This document shows, in pieces, positions 40,011-53,000 of a stretch of 64,000 nt of DNA. Location: NCBI RefSeq assembly GCF_002113885.1, contig NW_018408750.1:66168-130167 (forward strand), read 5' to 3'. A model generated the notes under the pieces. It had not been told where the DNA came from. It saw only the letters and a program-made list of their open reading frames with translations, and did not search any database. Both the position numbers and the translations under genes were made by a program. Origin of the DNA: Mizuhopecten yessoensis. Lineage: Eukaryota. Numbering within the stretch: the first letter of the stretch is position 1; every line of letters starts with the position of its first letter.

Positions 40011-43000
40011 CTGAAAGGAAGCAGACAAAGTTTATACAAAAGATATTATAAATATAACGTATCTCAAAACAATTCAAACGAACGACACACCCTTTTAACT
40101 TTGGGTTATTTACAGACTGTACAATCAGACATCAGCAAACAATCATATAAATACGATGATTTTCCTGAACGCGTCTCTAACTGATGTTTTTACACGTGAG
40201 AAAGGGAAAACGTCTTTAAATGATGTTTTTACACGTGAAAAAGGGGAAACGTCTTTAAATGATGTTTTTACACGTGAAAAAGGGAAAACGTCTTTCAGAA
40301 AAAGGATTTCGGAACATGATTGTAATTGTTATTCAGTTCAAGTTTCACTTGGTATACATTTGCTTGAAGGGATGATATTACTTTTCAAATAAACTTAAGC
40401 TGACAAGCTCAGAATATTGACAACAAGATATTGTTAAAGCTCGTTATGTACTGTATGAACAAAACGTATTCAGATCCATTGAGATATATATATAAATGTA
40501 AATTCATCCACAAATAAATAAATATTTCCATACCTTTAAATGTACTTTCTTTACATATCTACAGGTAATTAAATCTTCACTTACCTTTTAATAAATTATC
40601 TTTCCATATCCATAGAAAATAAGACTCTATTTTTCCAGTGATGTAATTCGTTATGGATCAATATTTATAAATCCAAATATCGTGAAAAATCACACATTCT
40701 TAGATAAGTTATCTTTTTTTTCTTATGTTAATATAGAAGGCAGTGTATCCAGTGTTGTATAATCTCTACCTTTATCAAATAAAGAAAAAAGATAAAAATA
40801 TTTTCATGAAAAATATAACTTTATACCCAGAAATAAATAATTATACATCCATTGATAAATTATTTACATAGCCATAGACCAATATATCTGTTTAATATCC
40901 TCCAATAAATACTTTCTTATATATCCGTAGGTAAATACATCCTCACAGCGTACCTCTGTTCGCAGATGAAGTTGTATTTATGAGAACATCTGTCATCCTT
41001 CCACACCAGGTCGTTATCCGAGTTCATATGGAAAGCCACACAGTTAGCGCTGCTGTTTCCGTCAGGTTGTCCCTGACCCCAGTACGTTGTCGACCCTATT
41101 GACACACCAGTCTCAACCCATCGCCAATTATTCTCTATAATAAAGTCGCTCCCACCTGTCCAGAAGTGCGCATTGTGCCAGGCTGGACGCGAGGAAACAA
41201 TCGATCATCGAAATGTGATTAGATAGCAGTCAGTAGTAATATAAATAACAAATAGATCCTATATTAATACGTAATGATAATGGGCAACTCGCAAATAGAG
41301 GAACGCTCCATAGTTTTATATATATGCTATATAATTACAATTGCTTTATATTATGTTTGTGAACTCTCCAGGAAGCAGATAAAAAAGAAAAGAGAATAAA
41401 GAGAGATACAGAAGACGAATGACGTGTTTCACATTCCTTCCACAAAAGCCCCAACGCATTAAACCCATGACAATAGTTAGGTTCTAGTAATGTATATTGA
41501 ACTTATATCATTTTTGTCATTTCTTTTTATCTTTTAATGAACTTGGGACTAAATACATGAGTGAACTAGAGTAGAGGACAGGAAATGTTTTAATCACAAA
41601 CAATGTAACAACAGGTTATTGACAAAAACAAAAAAACATCCCGAAGTTCCACTGGCAATTACTAAATTGACGAAATGACCAAAATCTTTACTTAGTTCGG
41701 CTTTCTGAATCGACCAGCTAAATAGATTAATATGCGTTCTATTATTTATTATCTCTAACGGTTACTGTTCGTGTTTGACTATTACCGGTTATAAATATTA
41801 TCATTGCACCTGTTTTATAACACTTGCTGGTTTGATAGTTGAGTTTGCGTTACCAAGACATCGCTCAATTAAACTGTTTCCAAATAAACATTTGTTGTAA
41901 TTTGCTCACATGACTATAAGTCCTTCTAGGGTTGTGCGCGAAGTTTAGCTAACAATAGGTTTAGTTTTTGAGGGAAGTTTAATTGGCCTTTTGTAGCCTT
42001 CAAATACAATGTACACAGTAAAGGAGGTTCAAATGATACGTATCTAATCTACAGATACAGAACTGTCACAGGTTTACCGTCTTGGAGAATAGCCGAGACA
42101 AGAAAGGTTGAGATTTAAATCGTGACGAGTGAGGTCGATATTTAAATCGATCCGCGAGAGATCGAAATTTATATCGTGACGAGTGAGGTCGATATTTAAA
42201 TCGAGACGAGAGAGGTCGATATTTATATCGTGACGAGAGAGGTCGATATTTAAGTCGAGACGAGAGAGGTCGATATTTAAGTCGAGACGAGATAGATCGA
42301 GATTTATATCGTGACGAGAGAGATCGAATATCGTGACGAGAGAGATCGAGATTTAAATCGTGACAAGTGAGGTCGATATTTATATCGTGACAAGAGACAA
42401 GAGAGGTCGATATTTAAGTCGGGACGAGAGAGATCGAGATGTATATCGTGACGAGAGAGGTCGATATTTAAGTCGAGACGAGAGAGATCGAGATTTTTAA
42501 CGTGACGAGTGAGGTCGATATTTAAGTCGAGACGAGAGAGATCGATATTTATATCGTGACGAGAGAGATCGAGATTTATATCGTGACGAGAGAAGTCGAT
42601 CTTTAAGTCAAGACAGGGAGAGATCGAGATTTATAACGTGACGAGAGAGGTCGATATTTGTACCGTGACGAGAGAGATCGGGATTTAGAGGTCGATATTT
42701 AAGTCAAGACGAGAGAGGTCGATATTTAAGTCGAGACGAGAGAGGTCGATATTCAAGTCGAGACGAACAAGCCTGTAATCGGGACATAATGTACGGCCTT
42801 TTTTAACTAACAGGCTCAGTTGTAAAACTCGAAACTGGCGTCGTACTTAAGAGTATCGATCCGTCAATGAATAAGCTACAATCTATATTGAAATCACAAA
42901 TAGCATCAGAAGTTTATACTTGACAGTAAATCACAAATAAAAGTCTTAAAAATAATTACGCACGTTTAAATTGATCAGCAAAGACTATCATGCCGATTAC

Positions 43001-46000
43001 CAATTGGAAAAAACTATGGCAAGCCAACTTAACATTTATTCAAGGAGCAATGTCGATCCTGTATTTCATCGAATTATATAAATGATCTTATATAGCATAT
43101 AAGATATCTAATATATTATATAAGATATCTTATCTATTATATAAGATATCTTATATCGTATATAATATATCTCATATAGTATATGAGATATCTTATAAAT
43201 AGTATATGAGATATCTTATATAATATATAAGATATCTTATATACTATATGAGATATCTTATATAGAAATTAAATGAGATGCTATAAAAGATATCTTATAT
43301 GATATATAAGATATCTTATATCGTATATAAGATATCTCATTCAATTTTCTATATAAGATATCTTATATAATATAAAAGATATCTCATATAGCTATATAAG
43401 ATATCTTATATAATTAAAGTCTCGTTACTAAATAAGATATCTTATATAGGAACGAGATTTTAACAAAATGTCGAAAATGAAGTCTCCCCGTCCGGAATAT
43501 CTCGAGGATCTACGTAGGGACAGTAGGCTTGTTGTAACAACACGTGTTCCTGTCGCCGCCATTATGTCTGAGCCCACTTCAAGAGTGCGGGAAATGGCAG
43601 CCTCTGCTTTGGCCGCTATAAGAGAGACAAGGCGAGCTAGGCCTAGGGAAAATANNNNNNNNNNNNNNNNNNNNNNNNNNNNNNNNNNNNNNNNNNNNNN
43701 NNNNNNNNNNNNNNNNNNNNNNNNNNNNNNNNNNNNNNNNNNNNNNNNNNNNNNNNNNNNNNNNNNNNNNNNNNNNNNNNNNNNNNNNNNNNNNNNNNNN
43801 NNNNNNNNNNNNNNNNNNNNNNNNNNNNNNNNNNNNNNNNNNNNNNNNNNNNNNNNNNNNNNNNNNNNNNNNNNNNNNNNNNNNNNNNNNNNNNNNNNNN
43901 NNNNNNNNNNNNNGAAAAGGAGACGAAACGTGTAATGGATGCAGGGGGGCGATTTAATAATGCTAGTTAATGATACCGAAGCTTTCGTGGAACAAGGAGG
44001 AACAAGGATACATTTCCTCATCTTTCATGAGGAACAAGAATACTGCGAGAAAAACGCAATCCGACATCAAAATTTTCACGGATTATCTGATGTCTCAAAA
44101 TGAGTGGAGATCTCCAGAGTCTATTGACTCGGTTCAGTTGGCGGATTACATGGCCAGGTTCTTCATGAACGTCAGAAAAAACGATAAATCTGAGTACGAA
44201 CCATCAAGTCTGAGGTGTTTACAATCCAGCATTAACCGTTACCTACAGGAGAACACTACGACGTCAATATTTTGACCGATATTAAATTCAATCATTCTCG
44301 TGATGTGCTAAGTGCCAAAATGAAGAATTTGAAGACTCAAGGCAAAGGAAACCGCCCAAATGCTGCTGATTCACTAAATAAGGAAGAAGTGTCAATTCTG
44401 TATGAAAAAGGGGCGCTTGGTTTAGGTAGGTACTGCAGTATTCAAATGAATAGTAAATAGTTCTATAAGCTTGGTAGCTGTTGGTTCTAGTTAGTAATAA
44501 CTGTATTACTGTTATCATTAAGTGAGGAATGCCCAATGGATATTGAAAATTGTATTGTGTTGATGATTGATTCAGACAGTGATTAAATTGAATTCCAACC
44601 AGATCCATTGTGTTATATTGTTAAAACTATTAATAAACATGTTATTTTGTAGGAATTTAGTAATTTCTAAATGTTGACTTTTTATGATAGTTGTTACTGT
44701 TTTGTTTATATACATCATTGTTTTTGTTATCATTTTTATAAATATCAGTAAATAAAATAAAGAAATGATTTGTTTGTGTATGTTTTGTTTATTTTAAAGG
44801 AAAAAAACATATGATAAAAAGTTTATGATATGACCATTTTGATAGCACACCCCATATCAGCCCTCGAGTCCTGATATCAGCCCTCTGGCCTTCGGCCCTC
44901 TGGCTGATATCAGGACTCTCAGGCTGATATGGGGTGTGCTATCAAAATGGTCATATGATAATCTCTAAATAGTATATGAGATATCTTATGTATAGAAAAT
45001 TAAATGAGATATCTTATATGCGATATAAGATATCTTATATAGTATATATGATATCTTATATACTTATATAAGATATCTCATTTAATTTCTATATGAGATA
45101 TCTCATATAGGATATAAGATATCTTATATATTATATAAGATATCTCATATACTATATAAGATATCTCATATACTATATGAGATATCTTATATGCGATATA
45201 AGATATCTTATATAGTATATAAGATATCTCATATGCTATATAAGATATCTTTTTTTTTTTTTGAAATACAGGATCGACATTGCTCCTTGAATAAATGTTA
45301 AGTTGGCTTGCCATAAAAAACCTGTTATAGCATATTCAACATGCAATCATAGTTGACATTTTCGCCTTTCAAAATAGTTTAACAAAATTTCAAAGGAATT
45401 CAAATTGCTCGGCCTTTTTATATTGTTCGATACCTTGTTAATGGAAAGTAAGCCCATTTATAAACTGTGTACGCAAGCTGAGCTGAGTAATTGCTACTTT
45501 TCAAGAATCACAATTATATTGATGGTAAATAGTATCAGATGTTTACAATATGGCAGCTCTATCTATCCCATTATCACGTATTGTTCATAAACAGTCCATT
45601 ATTTATCTTTTCGCTTCGTAATAATTAATCAAGAGATTTTTTATCATTATTTGGTTTATTTAATGTTTGAAATGCATCTTTTTAACATGTATGAGGGTAG
45701 CATCACACTTGCTAACGGGCATCATGGAATATGTTTGAACGGAACTGTGTTGCATACCCTCATAAATGTTAAAAAGATGCATTTCAAACCTTACATTTAC
45801 GATCTATTACATCCACTTTTATTATTTGAAATTTAGAAAAAAATGTCTTTTTTCACGTTAAAATGCAAAACACCGTCATGGAAACAACATTACCAGTACA
45901 GCCTTTATCGCGGGAAAGATGATGCGTTGTCAACGGTGACGAAATACACAGTTGAGCAATAAACAAATAGTTCCACTTTGCATATTTTTTAAGGATTTAA

Positions 46001-49000
46001 TTTATTTTACCAGCATGTTTAACAAGCATTGAAAATCTAAACATTGACAGTAGATCTTAATTTAAAGCAAAAATACCCTGTCAGATATTTGTTCAGAGGT
46101 CATGTAACGGTACATGTAGTACTGTTAATATCATGCAAACATTTTAAGTTGGTACTATCTAGAGGCACTGCAACACAAATGTAAATATTAATGAATAGCT
46201 TTACAATTTGAATGTTAACACCTTGTGAATAATAGTGTTTGATATAAGATAACAAAAACTATGTTATTGTCGATCTACTAAAGAACGATTTATTAAAAAC
46301 TGATTGCTAGTTAACATTTTACTTACCGTTAAAGATGTTGATGTACATCTTGATGAAGTCATGTTTTTCTTGGTTATCGTCGGTAACTAGGTAACTACCT
46401 GTAGGACGATTTCTGCAGTCGTTCTGTTCATATATAATACAGTCTTATAATAACACACATATCAATCAAGTCAACTGAATCTAATTTATTTCATTTACTG
46501 TCAAATACATAACATGCAATATATATGTAATCTTACATGAGTTTCCATTTAATATGAGATTTATGAAACGGGTCTAAGAATTTTTCAATTTAGCGAGCCT
46601 CTGGCGAGCTAAAATAAAATATTCCTGACGAGTTTCATAAATTTCATATGAAATGAAAATGAGTGTTAGATCATTTTTATCACATAATTAAGAGTTGTGG
46701 CATTCATTCGTGTAAAACGACAATTTCCATGCAACCTTGAAATGTAAAAAGCCGCTATTTTGACTCCAGTGCGTAAGTCTGTTGTCATGTACGTGTCCTA
46801 GGCATGACGTAACAATTGACACTTACAAGCAATCACAGGGCTGATAGGTCATATTACATGGGTAATTTTCACTGGATAAAACAGTACATTATATGATAAA
46901 AAAACGTTACAAATAATGGTACAATATTATGTAAAATGTGCCGAGCTATGAATGGCTTAGATAACTAAAATCAGTTGAAGTCTGTAATGTCTATTAACTG
47001 CAATGATAAAACTATTTGACGAATTGTTATGAAATTCCTGGTGCGCTTTATGATGGGAGACACACACGAGTGATTAGGCAGCACCTACGTACAGTATATG
47101 TGTGTCTCTCCCACCCCAGGTCATATTGCTGATTACTTTAGAAATGACATGACCTGCAACCCTGCGCTAATCACGTCATAAACGGGATGTGATACATATG
47201 TATCCACCATAAATAATTGGTAAATTAATCAAACATTGCTTGCATCATTAATTTGTAATATTTGTGTTTGCTTACTTATTACTTTATCATTTTGTTTAAT
47301 TCATGTATATATATATATATATATATATAAGGGGCAAAGCAGTAATTCCAAGTGTTGACAAGTTTAGGTTGTCAAATTTTCGGAGCGTTCCGCTCCTTTT
47401 TCAAGACACAGTGAAACAGAACAGTTACATGTATATATACATCATATTACAAGACGATAGAATCGATATACTATAATTAAAAATATAGCTATTATATAAA
47501 ACCAATAGTCCCCTCGGCTAAAGACAGCCGAAAGCAGCAATTACGCTGAGAGCATCGCGGCAAAGGAACGCTGATGATATATATATACATAAATATATAT
47601 ATAAGGCGCCATCTTTATTCCATAAAAGATAAAAATTATGTGATTATAATTTCGTATAAACATGTACATGTGATTGATTACAAAAGAAAAAGAAACCTCA
47701 ACTTCTTATTCCCAAGTTTTCAAAATACATAAAAATAATATCTAACTCCGGAAAACTTCAGCCGTCAACCGCTTTTTACAGAGGCAAAAGCCACAGGACA
47801 ATCATACCTCAGCTGCATGCCATTCCATCGCATGTGGCGAAAAATAAAGACATTCACCATCATACTCAACCCATTCAGAAGGGCAGGTACTCATCACCAG
47901 CACCAAACCTGTAACACATAAAACAGGTCATAGGTCATAGATCACAGGTCATAAGTCATTGATCACATGTCATGTCATAGATCACAGGTCATAAGTCATT
48001 CTGATTTAAAATCCTTTAAATCAAATATTTGAATTTTCATTTATCTGGAAACTGTTATATATCTCTTATAACTACTACCAAAAAAAATTAACACCGTCAA
48101 CACAACAGAACTATTTCAACGCCGACGTCGTATGGCGGATTTGCCGATAATCGATAAAAGGTCAGAGGTCAAGTATGCAGAAGTGCGTCATGACGTCATT
48201 GCTTTACCGATGGAAAGACTTGTTTTTCTTCTCACGGGTGAATGCATGTCCTACACGGGCGAGCATAGGAGAAGGAAATGTCTTACATTCCTATTTTGGG
48301 AATGAAAGAAAGCGTTTCCAGGACGATATATAACACCCGTCGATAAGTTATTCACCTTTATCATGTATTTAATGTCAATGTATGCACTATTAAAATAAAC
48401 TCGTTTTAGGTCTGACAATATTACCGTTTAAATTTATAAATATGAATATCTTCGAAATGTGACATCTTATAGATTGAATGTTGTAACCACTTGAGCGGAT
48501 CCTTAACCAGGAGATATAACTGAGCGAGCGTACAGTGGTATTTTTTCCAGCTGATATATTATTGGGTGAGGGTACAATGGCTTTCCAATTGCTAACATAA
48601 ATAGGTGATTATTATGAAAAGTTCTTTTTTACACAACCAATAAAAAAAAATCTATGTGACGTTTCGATGACTAGTACGATATGTACACTGTCACCTTCAT
48701 CAGACAAATGGCCAGTGAAGCGTATGCACACAAAGGTGTAACATGTGTACGCGTTGTCCACAAAATCGATGTCGATTTCGGCTACGCTCTCGCACATCTA
48801 TGACCAAGTATTAAACAAAGCGGAGCTGGATCGAGTCATTTCGGTACATATATGACAACTATTGTACATAAGCTTACAGCGTAGCCGAATCGACATCGAT
48901 TTTGTAGACAACTCGTACGCTTCACTGGTCATTTTTCTGATGAAGGTAACAGTGTACATATCGTACTAGTCATCGAAACGTCACATAGATTTATTTTTAT

Positions 49001-49235
49001 TGGTTGTGTAAAAAAGAACTGTTCATAATCCATACTTACCAACCCGAAGAAAATGTTTAGAAATATAAATAGGTGAGCTTTTAATTAACTTATTTCGCCG
49101 ACATTCTTACCGGGTATTAGTTGTCTTTTATTAGATAACATTAATGTAAACATAATGTATAGATGAAATGAAGAAATGCCGATATAAATGAAAGTTACCT
49201 GAACACAGCAGGAGAGGAAGCAGAGTAAAAGCCAT
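39977..49235 (-). CDS. CTL-3: secreted C-type lectin, 5 exons, 165 aa, QPD/WKD motifs
   Basis: Exons 49235-49199, 47908-47808, 46423-46327, 41182-40954, 40010-39977; GT-AG, 498 nt. MAFTLLPLLLCSGLVLVMSTCPSEW...GQPDGNSSANC...WKDDRC...FICEQRATDVTNGVIG*. AATAAA at 39941-39946. Confidence 0.9.
40170..40296. repeat. 39-bp tandem repeat x3 in CTL-3 intron 4
   Basis: TGATGTTTTTACACGTGAAAAGGGGAAACGTCTTTAAA-like units at 40182, 40221 and 40260. Confidence 0.85.
40954..41182 (-). CDS. CTL-3 exon 4
   Basis: FWTGGSDFIIENNWRW...QPDGNSSANC...WKDDRC; 229 nt. Confidence 0.95.
42105..42770. repeat. 27-bp CpG-rich minisatellite in CTL-3 intron 3
   Basis: TCGTGACGAGAGAGGTCGATATTTAAG-like units. Confidence 0.9.
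43655..43913. other. Assembly gap (N run)
   Basis: Run of n. Confidence 0.99.
43970..44430 (+). pseudogene. Crypton-type tyrosine-recombinase fragment (DUF3504/ZMYM-KCTD1-like), frameshifted and truncated
   Basis: NKNTARKT...RFFMNVRKNDKSEYEPSSLRCLQSSINRYL then F..SRDVLSAKMKNLKTQGKGNRPNAADSL...LYEKGALG; frameshift near 44272. Confidence 0.8.
44828..44968. mobile_element. Crypton-type terminal hairpin
   Basis: ~55-bp stem centred on GGCCTTCGGCC followed by TGATAATCTCTA. Confidence 0.7.
46327..46423 (-). CDS. CTL-3 exon 3
   Basis: NDCRNRPTGSYLVTDDNQEKHDFI; 97 nt. Confidence 0.92.
46520..46900. mobile_element. Crypton-like MITE in CTL-3 intron 2
   Basis: Imperfect hairpin ATATGAGATTTATGAAAC...GCGAGCCTCTGGCGAGC...GTTTCATAAATTTCATAT; TTTATCA and TGATAAA ends. 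Confidence 0.55.
47370..47408 (-). ncRNA. Putative minimal type I hammerhead ribozyme (U3-A8 variant), Penelope-like
   Basis: Minus strand UGUC-UUGAAAA-A-GGAGCG(GAA)CGCUCC-GAAA-AUUU-GACA: stems I and II pair perfectly. Confidence 0.55.
47808..47908 (-). CDS. CTL-3 exon 2
   Basis: TCPSEWVEYDGEC...WHAAE; 101 nt. Confidence 0.93.
48655..48706 (-). ncRNA. Putative minimal type I hammerhead ribozyme
   Basis: UGU-CUGAUGA-A-GGUGAC..GUAC(AUAUC)GUAC..GUCAUC-GAAA-CGUC-ACA. Confidence 0.6.
48934..48985 (+). ncRNA. Second, more degenerate hammerhead copy
   Basis: CUGAUGA at 48937-48943 and GAAACGUC at 48975-48982; mismatches in stems I and II. Confidence 0.4.
49199..49235 (-). CDS. CTL-3 exon 1 (signal peptide)
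   Basis: caaacATG MAFTLLPLLLCS followed by phase-1 gtaact donor. Confidence 0.87.
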
Positions 49236-50070
49236 GTTTGTCGTTAGAGAGGTCGGGCTATGTTATCAGCTAGACTTGAACAGAACACGTGTCTGGTTCA
49301 CTACCAGTAAGACAGATAACGCCTAGAAAACGACAGGAAACAACTAACTATATTATGTCAGGAGTTTTGTTTAGAAATATAAAAACAACGTATTTCCTTC
49401 TTATTTTTTTTATAATACATATAAATATTCATTTCAACAAATTTTATTGACAAAGATGATACAAGTCAATTGGATGGAATAACAGGCAAAGCCTATATAA
49501 ATTCTCTCCAGCGGTGGCTAAATTAATGGATTCAATTATTTTTATTTGATTAAGTTAATACATCAATTTTGAAATGAAAATTATAAAAAAAAAAAATTAA
49601 AGGGATGTAACTCCTTCTTAATTAACATAACTGAAATACAAATACATTCACACTTCTCACATCACACACAAAACACTTCCACAGGTATTATTTATTTTTA
49701 TAACATTTTACAATTGTATATAAGCTATATAGCTATCAAATCACACAGATATTGGCAGACATTGACCAAAAGTCCATGTGCAAATATATGCACAGGTCAC
49801 AGTCGCCAAAACTGTTAAGGTATTGTAGTTTAATATGAAAATAGATAGCTAGTCTATGTGTAATTCAATGTATAAGATGGAAACTGTAAAACAAGACAGA
49901 TTGAACAAATCTTACAACAAACAACAACAAACAAACATGCTCAACTTAAAACTCCTATGTCCGTAGAAGAATAACATTTATAGAAAAGTAGGTAAAGTTA
50001 CTTATTTGTGGAGTATAATTGGAATAGGAATAGTAAAGTATAAAAGTATAAAGTATAAGGTCATGGCTGG

Positions 50071-53000
50071 TTAGATCATATAGAGATTAAAACGCCTAGA
50101 TTTACCAATAAATAACTGTACATCATTAAGTAACTGTCTGTTTGTTAGTCCATCACAATCAGGACAGCCTTGTAGAAAAATGTTTGTATCAATATGGTTA
50201 TGATTTCCATAATTATCAACAGAAGTAAATAAAGTAAGTCTGAGATCATTATACAATGGACATTCAAGAAAGTAATGGAAAACTGTTTCATATTCAAAAG
50301 AGCAAGCACAAGAGGGACAGTCAGTTAAATGGTCATTGAATAAATCAAAATTTAAATTGCTACATAAGTTTCTAAGTTGACAAAGAATAATGTTGGCCCG
50401 TCTATCACCTTCAGTTTTAAAAATTAAGGTTGATTCATTATCGATAATAATATCTTTATTTAGTTTGTGTTTAAAGGTTGCAAGAGTTGGGGAGTTTAAG
50501 AGATCATTATCAGTAGTGTTAGTTGTGCGGCACATTAGAGGGAGGAAACTGTCAAAATAATTGTTAGTTCTGCATATTGGTGGATTAAACAGTCTTGTTT
50601 GTCTGAGGAAATAGGGATTATTGTTTTGATTGTTAATGAAAGGATTTAAGACATCTTGTAAGTATTGAGGTGACAGCCCATGCATTATTTTATACATCAT
50701 TATGTGTTTGTGTTTATTTCTTCTTGTTGACAGAGTTTCCCAACCAAGTTCATTATAAAGTTTATTATGAGATGTTCCAGATCGAAGTCCAGTAATGATT
50801 CTGGCTGCTTCTAATTGAATAGATTCTAGAAGTTCTTTAGATTGTTGAGTGCAATTATCCCATACTATGTCTGCATATTCCAAAATTGGCCTGATAAATG
50901 CTATATAAATTTTAATTAATGATTTACGATTGACTTTAGTTTTAATGTAACGAAGAATATTTAATCTACTATAAGCTTTTTCATATATATTCAGAATGTG
51001 TTGATTCCAAGATGCATCATCTTTTAAAGTCAGTCCTAAGTGTGTATGTGCTGTTGAGTCAGTGATTTGGCTGTTTTGGAAAGTTATTGGAGGGTGATGT
51101 TTGTTATGTTTTCTAGAAAATATTACAGATTTAGTTTTGGTAGGGTTGAACTTGATGTCCCATATACCTGCCCATTCACCAATGTTAGAGAGATCATTTG
51201 TCAGAACTTGTGCTGCATGTGCTGGGTTTTCATCTATAATTACATATAAGGAGGTGTCATCTGCAAAAAGCTTAATATTAGTTGAAACATTGTCAGTGAT
51301 GTCATTAATATAAAGGAGAAATAGTAAAGGTCCCAGAACAGATCCCTGAGGTACCCCTGCATTTATACCCTTAAACTGTGAGTGATAACCTTCAGTGGTG
51401 ACTCTTTGCAATCTATCAGAGAGATAATTTTCAAACCATAAAAGTAAATTTCCATCAATTCCATACGTTTTAAGTTTATGTAAGAGACCTTTATGCCACA
51501 CCCTATCAAAAGCTTTGCTAATATCACAAAAAATAAATCTGAGCTCCTTCCCCTGGTCCATATTGCTAACAATTTCATTATAAATAAATAGTAGTTGATT
51601 AACAGTAGAATCACCTGGTATAAAGCCAGACTGGTGCTTAGTTAAGATAGAATTTTCTATTAGATAGTTGTAAAGATTTTTGAAGACAATTTTTTCCATT
51701 ATTTTACTGAAACATGAGGTTATTGAGATTGGTCTATAATTTAAAACATCATTTGATGAACCCTTCCCTTTATATATAGCATTTATATTTGCTTGTTTCC
51801 ATCTATTTGGTAATATTCCTGATTCAAGTGTTTTATTAAATAAAAGACAGAGGGGTAATGCAAGAGAGTTACTCAATTTTTTTACAACTTTAGGGATTAC
51901 ACCATCAGGGCCAGGGGGTTTATTTACATTAAGAATATTAATTTGGTCAGATACATCTTGTTCAGTGATATGAATGTTAGTTAGTGAGTATGGAGTATAG
52001 GGCTGTGCTGTCTGAGGTAATTCAAGGTCAGGGGATGACGAAGAGATATTAGTAAAGTGATTGTTAAGGATTTCTGCTTTGTCAAGAGGATGGTGAATGA
52101 ATTGGTCATCATGTTCAAGAGGAGGAATAGAAGAGGATTTATTGGAGAAATTAGTAATAGATTTTGCAATTTTCCACCATTTGTCTGGGGAGACCATGTT
52201 TTCATTAAGACAATTTTCAAGTTTTTGGATATAATTTGCTTTTGCCTCACGAATCAAGTCAATAGTTTCATTCCTGAGTATACGAAATCTTTCCCAGTAG
52301 TGCGGATTATTTGTTACTTTGGCCTTTCTATGAATTCTATTACGTTGTCTCATTTTCAGCCTAATAATGTTATTCATCCATGGCTTATCATTTGGGCGTA
52401 CAGTAATAACTTTGGTAGGGATGAAACTATTGACTTGTTCTATGATTGAATTAATTATGAATGAGTTAAATGCATCAGAGTCCAGATTTAATGACAAATT
52501 CAACCAATCAATATTAAGAAGAGCATTATTCATACTTTCAAAATCAGCTTCATCATATTTCAAGATAGTTTTCTTATAATTCACTTGTTTAAATACAGTA
52601 AAAGAGATTTGGGCATGAACTGATGAATGGTCACTACAGAATGGTGGTGATACATAAGTATTTTTAATTAAGTTTAGGTTGTTAGTAAAGATGACATCAA
52701 TAGAAGTGGCACTAGCAGGTGTTATTCGTGTAGGTTCCTTAATAAGACTAGTTAAGTTGTGCTTTATAAGGAGTCTTGATAAATGATCATTAAGCGGTAC
52801 ATTAAGCATATTAATATTAATATCACCTGTAAGTATAATATCCAATGAAGTATCAGAAGCTCTTGTTAAGGTATCATCAAGTTTATCCCAGTATTCAATA
52901 TTACTATCTGGTCTATATATACACCCGAGAAGAAATTTATGAGTATTAATTAAAACTTCTAACCAGAGTAATTCAACATCATCCCTTTCCAAGTCCAGCC

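Larger units (their letters stand above)
43017..45313. mobile_element. TA-flanked TIR element (Tc1/mariner-type MITE) with 21-bp subterminal repeats and a nested insertion
   Basis: Perfect ~52-bp TIRs TGGCAAGCCAACTTAACATTTATTCAAGGAGCAATGTCGATCCTGTATTTCA; TA on both sides; ATATAAGATATCTTATAT arrays inside each end. Confidence 0.88.
48611..49029. mobile_element. Inverted-repeat (Penelope pLTR-like) element in CTL-3 intron 1
   Basis: ~170-bp inverted arms (about 48611-48788 and 48878-49029), each with a hammerhead core. Confidence 0.75.

Noticed and set aside
43428-44021. ORFs spanning the N run
   Set aside because: Artefacts of translating through an assembly gap.
45078-45314. ISY-repeat ORF and similar short repeat ORFs (1304, 21461, 25075, 40156)
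   Set aside because: Translations of tandem repeats.
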